DNA from: Armatimonadota bacterium
GTDB taxonomy: Bacteria > Armatimonadota > HRBIN16
Reading direction: 5' to 3'
DNA length: 64,000 nt
NCBI GenBank assembly: GCA_963677485.1
Contig: OY781964.1
Span: forward strand, 3,296,001 to 3,360,000
Shown one piece after another: positions 57,101 through 64,000 of the stretch. Below the pieces are notes generated by a model. That model saw only the letters and a program-made list of their open reading frames with translations. It was not told the origin of the DNA and did no database searches. The translations under genes were made by a program, and so were the position numbers. Numbering within the stretch: position 1 is the first letter of the stretch; every line of letters begins with the position of its first letter.

Positions 57101-57193
57101 ATCGGTGTGATGTCCTTCCGAAGGTATCGTCATCTGCGACAGATCGTGGCGCAGGGCGGACAGCAGCCTACTCCTGGCAGCTCCACACCATAG
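54146..57193 (+). CDS. bcsB: BcsB-family periplasmic polysaccharide synthase subunit with ~300-aa N-terminal extension
   Basis: RNPYDAPRWIPSDRPVRFGDL, FRLPPDLF, IDPDSTIDL, PHYVRMPDL..F.NNGYPYTKLADLSET and FYVGNLP, plus a C-terminal TM anchor. Confidence 0.85.
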   Translation: MTMKKITNQPGSSSIKVVLAAALLALAVFTPLAAQSPDLTATTSIPDSVLDQVAEPSQNTAQPAARRYTVKHRRVAPRHTYTQVRRPALVAAVPAGRTTVKAVAQGSGVKLTIKSPSSLAVKANNGSTMVLMDVHGGRAVVPGSSKVNGVALRWYMAARDDGQNPAIEAFCASAMKMEMSQPSPNTVVVWLWPAAGSSASAAPAQNVTKSKPAVSNTSSTMMGGATAPVAQSAQANMMRSAALDAVRRAGAPNVMVTTGGQAEMGSGSTGNASSMAPSGRSSLQSNDPAPSPQSPWQMLPAVVSGNASDVSKMIPFTALGAEDPMKFTGIARIRQLTVGVSYPKKLTGATLKFKISHSPALLEEISSMKVEINHRTVAVLPLMRKDYMGRVYEIPIDPKLLGSFNTITFGLIGSYTLFCEDPNSPLIWSEVLDGKLVLDRQEVPGLYDLAELPAPFFSTSQNTSVNLNMMVGRQKGSVWAGSVVAGWFGVQSDYRPLNLKVTDSLSAGNVIAVMLESELPQVLSQYAVGNPSIQLIPNPMGGGAVLLVTGSSEEQLRVAAGALAFSSLPMSGSRVAVQEFTPPSKRNPYDAPRWIPSDRPVRFGDLIARDAMESVGLTADPIRLPFRLPPDLFLQQTKGLPINLSYRYTPGRNQTNNRLDVFVDNQLLQSYPLLSQWNDPEGAAQTIKPGYKEYEKQRTFYITDAYNKPTAGELQFRFAFDYTRENPCNDFPFFAFRGRIDPDSTIDLTNIPHYVRMPDLSLFVNNGYPYTKLADLSETVFSLPDNPSTAERTALMAVCARFGAITGMAPYRHVLINGAQTAPLGKDIIAIRDDNGAALPDAWRDALQLRAQGGGFRIRDNDLNDLFNDTDGQLNRQELGDLLASQDGQLSVMVSCERPDDKSRCLVAMLATGPDMLDHMVAAYLDPNLRSGIKRDTAVFGPEAVKTARLAKAFYVGNLPMADAVHLWLRNYPLVWISLTLLLILIGVMSFRRYRHLRQIVAQGGQQPTPGSSTP

Positions 57194-57202
57194 CGAAAGG
57201 AA

Positions 57203-58402
57203 GTGGATGCGATGCATTTGGTAAATAAGCTCCTTGGTCTATCGGTTTCGTTAGTCTGTATAGCCGCCAGTCTCACCTGCCTGGCGGCAGATAAAGTATA
57301 CGAAGCGGATATGAACAAGTTCTATGATCTTCAAAAGACAGATCAAGCTGCAGCGATGGATCTCATGCTGCAGCTTGCCCGAAAATATCCGCAGAATAGA
57401 ACCGTGCAGTTGAGTGCAGGCTATCAGTTGCTTGCAAAGAAAGAGCCTGCTCTGGCACTGCCGTATTTTGAGACGAGCTATAAGCTGGATCCCGGCGATA
57501 TACAGACCGTGATGCAGATAGGGTTCTTGCTTGATGGGTTGGGTCGGCAAAAAGAGGCGATGCGTTATTTCCGCATTGCCATGAACAGCAAGGCTGATAA
57601 CAAAACACGAGACCAGGCTTCTACAGCGGTCCAAAACCTGGCAGGTCAGCAGACACGGCAGTTGAAAGATCCGCAGTTTGTCGAGTTCACCTTTTCCCCG
57701 CTGTACATGAGCCGGTTCGACAACACGATATTTCCAATGAACTTGAAGCTGGGCACCAAGCTTGCCGGTATGAAGAACACTGATGTCTATGTGAGCTTGA
57801 AGAGCAGCAAAGATAGCCGAAGCGGTATAGGGGCCATACCAAAGATATTTAATGATAATGCGCTGGTCATGGCTCTTGGCATCAGGACGCAGCCATTTGA
57901 TGGTATTCCTATTACGCTGTATGCCGAAGCTGGCACGGCCTACAAATACCTGAAAGACCCTTACGAAAAGCAGTGGCAGGAAGACTACCGCGTGGGCGCC
58001 TACTATTTCAAGGGGTTTGAGCCAGGCTTCAAAATCACACAGCTCAAGGCTTTCCAACCCATGGGTGACATCAACATGGATGTTTCCTATTATTCCAGAT
58101 ATGACAATAACATCATAGGGTTTGGGCGAGGCCGTCTAGGGTTGCGGGTGATCAATACGGCATCCAGCTATGCAGACTTGTATGCACTGGGTTCCATCTC
58201 ATTTGACACCAAGGGCGAGTACTACAACAATAACCTGGCTGGTGGCATAGGCATTGCCTGGAGACCGGATCGTTTCACACCTCTGACCCTCCATGCAGAA
58301 TACATCTGGGGTAGTTATATTGGTGGCGGAGTAAGGCCATCCGATGTCATGCCATCCTACGAAGACCTGCAAATAGGCATGGATTGGTACGTGAGGTTAT
58401 AG
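57203..58402 (+). CDS. TPR + outer-membrane beta-barrel protein (NfrA-like)
   Basis: Signal peptide, TPR helices, amphipathic beta strands ending IGMDWYVRL; adjacent to the NfrB-like GT. Confidence 0.65.
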   Translation: MDAMHLVNKLLGLSVSLVCIAASLTCLAADKVYEADMNKFYDLQKTDQAAAMDLMLQLARKYPQNRTVQLSAGYQLLAKKEPALALPYFETSYKLDPGDIQTVMQIGFLLDGLGRQKEAMRYFRIAMNSKADNKTRDQASTAVQNLAGQQTRQLKDPQFVEFTFSPLYMSRFDNTIFPMNLKLGTKLAGMKNTDVYVSLKSSKDSRSGIGAIPKIFNDNALVMALGIRTQPFDGIPITLYAEAGTAYKYLKDPYEKQWQEDYRVGAYYFKGFEPGFKITQLKAFQPMGDINMDVSYYSRYDNNIIGFGRGRLGLRVINTASSYADLYALGSISFDTKGEYYNNNLAGGIGIAWRPDRFTPLTLHAEYIWGSYIGGGVRPSDVMPSYEDLQIGMDWYVRL

Positions 58403-58403
58403 T

Positions 58404-60488
58404 ATGTCGACTATAGCAGCGCGAAAACAGCGCTTTGAGATACCCATAGGGCCTCTTGAAGCGATCACACTAGTCACTGCTATCACCTTCATGATTGCTG
58501 GCTTTACACTGGCACTATGGGCCATCAGCGACTTGATGGGCTATTTCCGCGTGACGGGTTGGATGATCCTGGGGCAGGTGTTTGGATGGCTGCTGGCGTT
58601 TGTGGCCACCATATTCCTGCTGTCGGGACTAGACGACCTGTTCTTGGACCTAATCTACTACACACGCAAAATCGTCTCTCACAAGCGGATGACCAAGGCT
58701 CCGTATGCCGCCATTTCGCTAGAGCAGTTGAACACCAGGGAGCGTAAGCGCATTGCGCTGATGGTGCCGTGCTGGCGTGAGGCGGAAGTAATCGGAGCGG
58801 CCATTGCACATAACCTGGAAATTATCGACTACGATAACTACGAGGTTTTTGTCGGAACATATCCTAACGACCAGCTGACCATCGATGCTGTGGCTGAGGC
58901 GGCTTCCCGATTTCCTAGGGTTCACTGCGTGGTGGGTGCCAACCCCGGCCCAACTAACAAAGCGGACAACCTCAACCAGGTATACATGGCGATTCTACAG
59001 TATCAAGAATCCTCAGGTAACCTATTTGATGTGATTGTCATGCATGACGCGGAGGATGTTATTCATCCCATGGCGTTCAAGCTTTACAACTATCTGATGC
59101 CTGAGGCGGGGATGGTGCAGATACCCATCTTCCCTCTTGAGGTGCCGTTGTTTAACTTCACCCACTGGGTATACAACGATGAATTTGCCGAATACCACGT
59201 AAAAGACGTTGTGAGCCGCGGTTTGATAAGCGGTATCGTGCCTTCGGCTGGTGTGGGCACGGCATTCAGCCGAGATGCACTGCAGAAGCTGAACGACATT
59301 TACGCAGGTGAAGTGTTCAGCACCAATAGTCTGACGGAAGACTATGCGATCTCGGTAAAGATCAGGAAGCATAACCTGCGGCCGGTCTTCGTTCAGCAGT
59401 TCGTGCCGCGTATCGTGGACCGTAGAAAGTATTTCGGTTTGTTTGGACCCTGGGTGGAAGCGACTGTGCCTGAGTGGATCGCCACGCGGTCATTCTTCCC
59501 GACAGTCTATCGCAACGCGGTGCGCCAGCGCAGCCGTTGGATACTCGGCATCGTGTTCCAGGAGTGGACCAACACAGGATGGCCGGGTACCCTGGCGATG
59601 AAATACTGCCTGTATCGGGACCGCAAAGCCCTTTTCGCCAACTTTGTGACTATGTTGGGATATATGGTGTTTATCTACACCATTATCTTTGCTGTCTGGA
59701 CACAATATTGGCCAGATTCGCTGCAGATGATGTCATTAATGGAATACCGAACCTGGCTGAGTTTCGTTCTAGTGGCAGACCTGTTCCTGATGCTATTTAG
59801 GATGAGCCAGAAGGTGACTACGAATTACAGGCTTTACGGGTTCTTGCCAGCCATGCTTAGCGTCACACGCACGCCCTACGCGAACATCATCAGCTCTCAT
59901 GCAATGTTCATTGCCATGCAGCAGTTTTTCAAGGGACGCAAGACTGGTATCCAGTTGTCATGGGAAAAGACGACTAACCGGTTCCCGACAATGGTTACGC
60001 CTGAGCGAGTTGTCTTGACTTTACGTGAGATTATGAAATTGCGAGGCTACGTGACAGACGAGCAGTTGCTAGAGGCTTCTATTAATACGAACGATACTGA
60101 TGAAGCAGTGGTACAGTATCTGCTTACGCATAACATCATCACGTCGCAGGAACATCTGCAGTCAATTTCCGAGCTGTATCAAGTACCATTCATCGACATC
60201 GAAAGTGCCTCGTCGACGTCTGGGCAGCTCACGAACCTGCCAAAGAGCGTGATGGATACCTTGTTGCGGCATGGTATCATCCCCATCCGCTTGATTGGCG
60301 ACCACTTGCTGTTGGTGTTAGCGCATCCTGACCTGGCATTTGGTGATGAAGAGATACTAGAGGTTCTGTCTGACTACACCATTGAACTTGGTCTGTCACT
60401 GCCAGAAGATATCGAGCGGTATTACATAGAACACGGCATTGCCATGCAGCCGCACACTCATGAAGAGGGCGAGAACCAGGAACCGTAG
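58404..60488 (+). CDS. nfrB: NfrB-like membrane GT2 glycosyltransferase with a C-terminal MshEN-like domain
   Basis: SGLDDLFLD, MVPCWRE, VFVGTYPND, GPTNKADNLN, HDAEDVIHP, VPSAGVG, SLTEDY, QRSRW (QxxRW) and WEKT. Confidence 0.85.
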   Translation: MSTIAARKQRFEIPIGPLEAITLVTAITFMIAGFTLALWAISDLMGYFRVTGWMILGQVFGWLLAFVATIFLLSGLDDLFLDLIYYTRKIVSHKRMTKAPYAAISLEQLNTRERKRIALMVPCWREAEVIGAAIAHNLEIIDYDNYEVFVGTYPNDQLTIDAVAEAASRFPRVHCVVGANPGPTNKADNLNQVYMAILQYQESSGNLFDVIVMHDAEDVIHPMAFKLYNYLMPEAGMVQIPIFPLEVPLFNFTHWVYNDEFAEYHVKDVVSRGLISGIVPSAGVGTAFSRDALQKLNDIYAGEVFSTNSLTEDYAISVKIRKHNLRPVFVQQFVPRIVDRRKYFGLFGPWVEATVPEWIATRSFFPTVYRNAVRQRSRWILGIVFQEWTNTGWPGTLAMKYCLYRDRKALFANFVTMLGYMVFIYTIIFAVWTQYWPDSLQMMSLMEYRTWLSFVLVADLFLMLFRMSQKVTTNYRLYGFLPAMLSVTRTPYANIISSHAMFIAMQQFFKGRKTGIQLSWEKTTNRFPTMVTPERVVLTLREIMKLRGYVTDEQLLEASINTNDTDEAVVQYLLTHNIITSQEHLQSISELYQVPFIDIESASSTSGQLTNLPKSVMDTLLRHGIIPIRLIGDHLLLVLAHPDLAFGDEEILEVLSDYTIELGLSLPEDIERYYIEHGIAMQPHTHEEGENQEP

Positions 60489-60527
60489 TTATATCGCCTC
60501 TAGCAATTGGGCAAGTAATAAATGCCT

Positions 60528-60604
60528 TCGGACGGATCAGGTTCACAGTTGCTAACTGTCAATTACCAATTGACAATTGTGTGAACCTGATCCGTCCGAT
60601 TTTT
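60528..60604. terminator. 20-bp inverted repeat with internal hairpin and T-tract between convergent genes
   Basis: TCGGACGGATCAGGTTCACA (60528-60547) and TGTGAACCTGATCCGTCCGA (60580-60599), then TTTTT. Confidence 0.7.
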
Positions 60605-60607
60605 GGC

Positions 60608-61666
60608 TTATGGCTTAGGCAAATGCCGTGCTGCTTTATGGATGGCCTTCCACTTAAGCCGTTCGGCATAATCGGCTGAGATGGTCTGCTTTTGAAGCTG
60701 GTGGGCTGCCTCGCGCATCAGCCGATGATAGCTATTGAGCCTGGACTGCTCAAGGGTTCCTGCATCAACCGCTTTCAACACCGCGCAGTCAGGTTCTGTC
60801 TGATGCTGGCAATCTGCAAACCGGCACAGCTTACCTAGCTCAGCGATGTATTCAAAACCCGCCTCGTTGCCCTCAACACCCCATAGCCCCAGCTCACGCA
60901 TTCCTGGAGTGTCCAGCACCATGGTCCCGGACGGTAGCAGATAGAGGTTTCGACTGGTTGTGGTGTGGCGACCTCTACTGTCGTCAGCCCGAACCTGTTG
61001 TGTGCTGGCCAACTCGTGACCGGCAAGTGCATTCAGCAATGTAGACTTGCCCGCGCCGCTTGAGCCGACGAGTGCTATGGTTCTGCCAGGCTGAAGGTGC
61101 CGGTCCAACTCGTCAAAACCCGACCCGGTGACGCTGCTGATGGCGATGCAGTCTACAGAGAGCATCCGCCGTTGCATCTGGTCCAGAACCCGCTGCCAGT
61201 CAGATTTGAGGTCTGACTTTGTCAGCACCAGCACAGGTTCGGCTCCGCTCTGCCAGGCCTGAGCCACATATCGTTCGATGCGGGCGGGGTTCAGGTCGAA
61301 GTCGAGCCCGGTGACCACAAACAGCGTGTCTATGTTCGCGGCAATGGGCTGCGGCTGCTCAGTTGGGCCTGCCTGTTTGCGCATAAACAGGCTCTGACGC
61401 TCCATCACCGCATCAATCAGTGCCATTTCGCCTATTGCGGGCAGAGCCCTTAGGTGAACCCAGTCGCCAACCGTGGGCATATCAAGCCGACTGGCGGCGT
61501 GGTGCTGCATCGCGCCGGTAGTCTGCGCCGGATGCATCCCATCGGTGCAGATTATCTCATATTGTGTGCGTGATTCGGACAGCACGCGAGCCATGATGGC
61601 TCCCTCACCGAACTGTTGGTCGGCCAGGAACTGTCTGGATGGATTCCATCCGTATTGTTGGATCAA
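60608..61666 (-). CDS. rsgA: ribosome small subunit-dependent GTPase A
   Basis: PTVGDWV, IAANID, LTKSDL, GSSGAGKSTL, GRHTT, DTPGMRE and CRFADCQHQTEPDC. TTG start with AGGAGG. Confidence 0.95.
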   Translation of the reverse strand: MIQQYGWNPSRQFLADQQFGEGAIMARVLSESRTQYEIICTDGMHPAQTTGAMQHHAASRLDMPTVGDWVHLRALPAIGEMALIDAVMERQSLFMRKQAGPTEQPQPIAANIDTLFVVTGLDFDLNPARIERYVAQAWQSGAEPVLVLTKSDLKSDWQRVLDQMQRRMLSVDCIAISSVTGSGFDELDRHLQPGRTIALVGSSGAGKSTLLNALAGHELASTQQVRADDSRGRHTTTSRNLYLLPSGTMVLDTPGMRELGLWGVEGNEAGFEYIAELGKLCRFADCQHQTEPDCAVLKAVDAGTLEQSRLNSYHRLMREAAHQLQKQTISADYAERLKWKAIHKAARHLPKP

Positions 61667-61759
61667 GGTGTGTTCCTCCTGCAGGAGATACTTGCGTGTG
61701 CTTGATTAGTGCGCGACAAGGCCTCAGGAGGGAACTCTGCCGGAGCTCAGACGAGCTGG

Positions 61760-61828
61760 CTAGAGGTGGAAGTCCCTGGAGGCGTGTCGCAGTGAACACA
61801 CAATCGCCGATGCTGTGTTGGTCTTCAT
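61760..61828 (-). CDS. 22-aa leader peptide (uORF) upstream of rsgA: MKTNTASAIVCSLRHASRDFHL
   Basis: AAGGAGG SD, ATG at 61828 and TAG at 61760-61762. The uORF is complementary to downstream leader sequence and to the rsgA RBS region. Confidence 0.65.
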   Translation of the reverse strand: MKTNTASAIVCSLRHASRDFHL

Positions 61829-61876
61829 AATACGAGTCCTCCTTGTGGTGGTTATTCGGCCATGGACCGATACGTT

Positions 61877-61906
61877 ATTGTATACCAGATATACTCCGTT
61901 TGACAA
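61877..61906 (-). promoter_or_regulatory. putative sigma70 promoter for the leader-rsgA transcript
   Basis: TTGTCA-N18-TACAAT on the minus strand. Confidence 0.45.
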
Positions 61907-62145
61907 GGCCTGCGGGTCAAGATAAACTGCACACAAGGAGATAGAAGGGAAAGAAGAATGGAGATAGGAGAGCAGGAGAGGGGAGGAGCGGGAGAAGGGC
62001 AGCCGCCGTCCTACTCGTCCTACTCGTCATACTCGTCTTACAGGTCTTATAATAAGCCTGTGTCCGGTGCGGTCTACCAGACAGCGGTCGCAAAGTTAGT
62101 CGCGAGCGGTTACGGGTTTCAGAGTGCATATACAATAGGGGTTTC

Positions 62146-64000
62146 ATGATGATACGACTGGTGCTTCTGGCGATTGTTATAACAATGGCGTTCATACCAA
62201 GACTTGTGGCCGCCAAAGGGGAGGCAGCACAATATTTCGTGCCGATTACCGAAGCGAAGCTTAAGCGTATTGATGGGAACCCAACCTTGCATATCAATGG
62301 TAAGCCGCAGCCTTTCATCGCCTGGGCGCAGTATGACACCTATCCCAACCTGGTGAAGACGGCTGTGCGGGCGGGTATACGCATCTACCAGCCGCGGCTG
62401 ATCGCCGGCTTCCAGACTGCCGAGTTCATCGAGAACCAGATGAAGGAGGTGCTTGCGAAAGACCCGAACGCCACTTTTCTACCCTCGATGTGGGTTGGTG
62501 GTGATCAGATATACGGGTTCGATAAACGCGACAGCGCAGAGTATAACACCGACACCGCAGCCTCCTGGAACGCCATCTCATTTGGATCGCAGGAGTGGGT
62601 GAACCGCGTGGAGCTTCAACTCAGGAGTAATATCCGCAAGCTGGAGAACGGCAAGTGGGCGGGGCACATCCTAGGGTATATGGTTTTAGCGGGCAATACC
62701 GGTGAATGGTTCTATGTGGACACCTACACCGACCGCGATTTTGACCGCAGTCTGGCCAATCAGGCTACTTGGCGTGAATGGCTGCGTAGCAAATACGGTG
62801 GTGATCTCCAAAAGCTGCGCTCGCTCTGGAAGCTACCAGACGTGAGTTTTGAAACCGCGGAAATCCCGGCCAAATCGGCAGGCAGCCCCTTCCTTGATCC
62901 GTCCAAACAACGCAATGTGGTGGACTATGTGCAGTATCACAACGAGCGAATTGCCGACGTGACCAGTCGGCTGGCCTCGGTGATCAAGCAAGAGACGCGC
63001 CGAAAGAAACTGGTGGCGATATACAGCGGTTACAATATGGAGCTTGGCGCATACGGGCCGATCGGCGGACAGTTGTGCATGCAGAAGATATTGGAATCCC
63101 CCGACATCGACCTGATCTTCTCACCGTTGGACTACACTGACCGCGGTTTTGATGGTTATACCGGCAGCCACGGCAGCATGGACTCCATACGCATCAACGG
63201 TAAAATGCATGTCGGCGAGGATGACTATTCTACACACATCGGCACCGACCACTGGGGTGCGCGACCGCTGGCGGCTGATGTGAAAGGATCACTGGCCCTG
63301 CACTGGCGGAACTTCGGATACACACTGACCAAAGGGTTTGGACAGTGGTGGTATGACGACAGCGGGTATGGCAGCTTTAACAACGCGAAACTGGTAAATG
63401 GCTTTCAGAAAATGACACAGATCGCCAATGCCGCCGTCAGTCTGCCACGGACATCCACCACTCAGGTGGCTCTGGTGGTCGATGAGTTTTCGCAGATGGT
63501 GCTGTCGAACAAGGCCTCTGCGTCGCCGTTGAACGCCCAGATGGCGAGTATTCGGTCGAAGCTCAGCCGCATCGGAGCCCCCTATGATGTGATCCTGCTG
63601 TCTGATGTGCTGAGTGGAAAAGCCCGATCCTACAAACTGCTGATCATGGCAAACGCCTATGCCTGGGACGCCGGCATGCGTAAACACTGGCAAGGGCTAG
63701 ACAAGCGCGGACAGACGGTGATGTGGCTGTATGCGCCGGGTTACTGGAGCCGCGACGCTGCGGGTGTGGACAGTTGCTCCGATAATGGGATCATGGAGCT
63801 GACAGGGTTGCCGATCAAGCTGGGTCCCAGCAAAACATATACTATCTCCGCTGTGAAGTCGGGTATACCGATCATGGATTCGCTGGCGAATGGCGATCCG
63901 CTGGCCAGTGTGCAGAACGAAATCCCGTTCGCGCATCTCACCGATGAGCGTGGGCTCACCGTACTGGGACGCACCGATGGTCAAGTTACCGCTGTGTTGA
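62146..64000 (+). CDS. secreted GH42-like beta-galactosidase (3' end truncated by window; absent from the ORF track)
   Basis: ATG 62146 with the frame open to the window end: MMIRLVLLAIV..., GNTGEWFY, WREWLRSKYGGDLQKLRSLW, RIGAPYDVILL and WLYAPG. Confidence 0.75.
   Translation, partial: MMIRLVLLAIVITMAFIPRLVAAKGEAAQYFVPITEAKLKRIDGNPTLHINGKPQPFIAWAQYDTYPNLVKTAVRAGIRIYQPRLIAGFQTAEFIENQMKEVLAKDPNATFLPSMWVGGDQIYGFDKRDSAEYNTDTAASWNAISFGSQEWVNRVELQLRSNIRKLENGKWAGHILGYMVLAGNTGEWFYVDTYTDRDFDRSLANQATWREWLRSKYGGDLQKLRSLWKLPDVSFETAEIPAKSAGSPFLDPSKQRNVVDYVQYHNERIADVTSRLASVIKQETRRKKLVAIYSGYNMELGAYGPIGGQLCMQKILESPDIDLIFSPLDYTDRGFDGYTGSHGSMDSIRINGKMHVGEDDYSTHIGTDHWGARPLAADVKGSLALHWRNFGYTLTKGFGQWWYDDSGYGSFNNAKLVNGFQKMTQIANAAVSLPRTSTTQVALVVDEFSQMVLSNKASASPLNAQMASIRSKLSRIGAPYDVILLSDVLSGKARSYKLLIMANAYAWDAGMRKHWQGLDKRGQTVMWLYAPGYWSRDAAGVDSCSDNGIMELTGLPIKLGPSKTYTISAVKSGIPIMDSLANGDPLASVQNEIPFAHLTDERGLTVLGRTDGQVTAVL

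Noticed and set aside
54146-60488. Standard cellulose (bcs) operon
   Set aside because: The GT has NfrB-type motifs and an MshEN-like tail rather than BcsA with PilZ; no bcsZ or bcsC.
61937-62000. Purine-rich tract and ORF 61958-62149 with SYSSYSSY
   Set aside because: The peptide pattern is just the translation of the intergenic 9-bp repeat family, with no evidence of coding.

Overview
This is a gene-dense bacterial window from a diderm organism. The DUF1559/prepilin-type protein, the many large secreted glycoside hydrolases and the secretin are compatible with Armatimonadota or a PVC-like lineage, but that taxonomy is inference only. In order, it holds: a partner-switching module (PAS-PP2C-RsbW fusion + STAS), an alkaline-phosphatase-superfamily gene and rfbBAC; a complete IS110 element (6266-8079, minus strand); two DUF3997-like paralogs; an uncharacterised cluster of three atypical membrane Ser/Thr kinases, a coiled-coil protein, a ClpB-D2-type AAA+ ATPase, an NrdG-like radical SAM protein and a Zn-ribbon-FHA protein; an acyltransferase and a glycosyltransferase; sugar-use genes (GH2, araFGH, two GH99/GH71-like paralogs, GH42-like, GH38); P-II; a surface operon joining a pilin-like subunit, a chaperone-like protein, a LysM-secretin, BcsB, an NfrA-like and an NfrB-like protein; rsgA; and a partial GH42-like gene. 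Four observations stand out. (1) The IS110 bridge RNA guides can be read directly from the sequence and match both the element's own ends and the REP palindrome it interrupted. (2) The kinase/AAA+/radical SAM/FHA cluster fits no characterised pathway I recognise. (3) The surface operon is a hybrid of secretin, BcsB and NfrAB-like parts. (4) An unannotated leader peptide could act as a translational attenuator upstream of rsgA. Intergenic regions contain several REP and short-period repeat families. No rRNA, tRNA or CRISPR array was seen. All family assignments come from motif recognition by eye, not from database searches.
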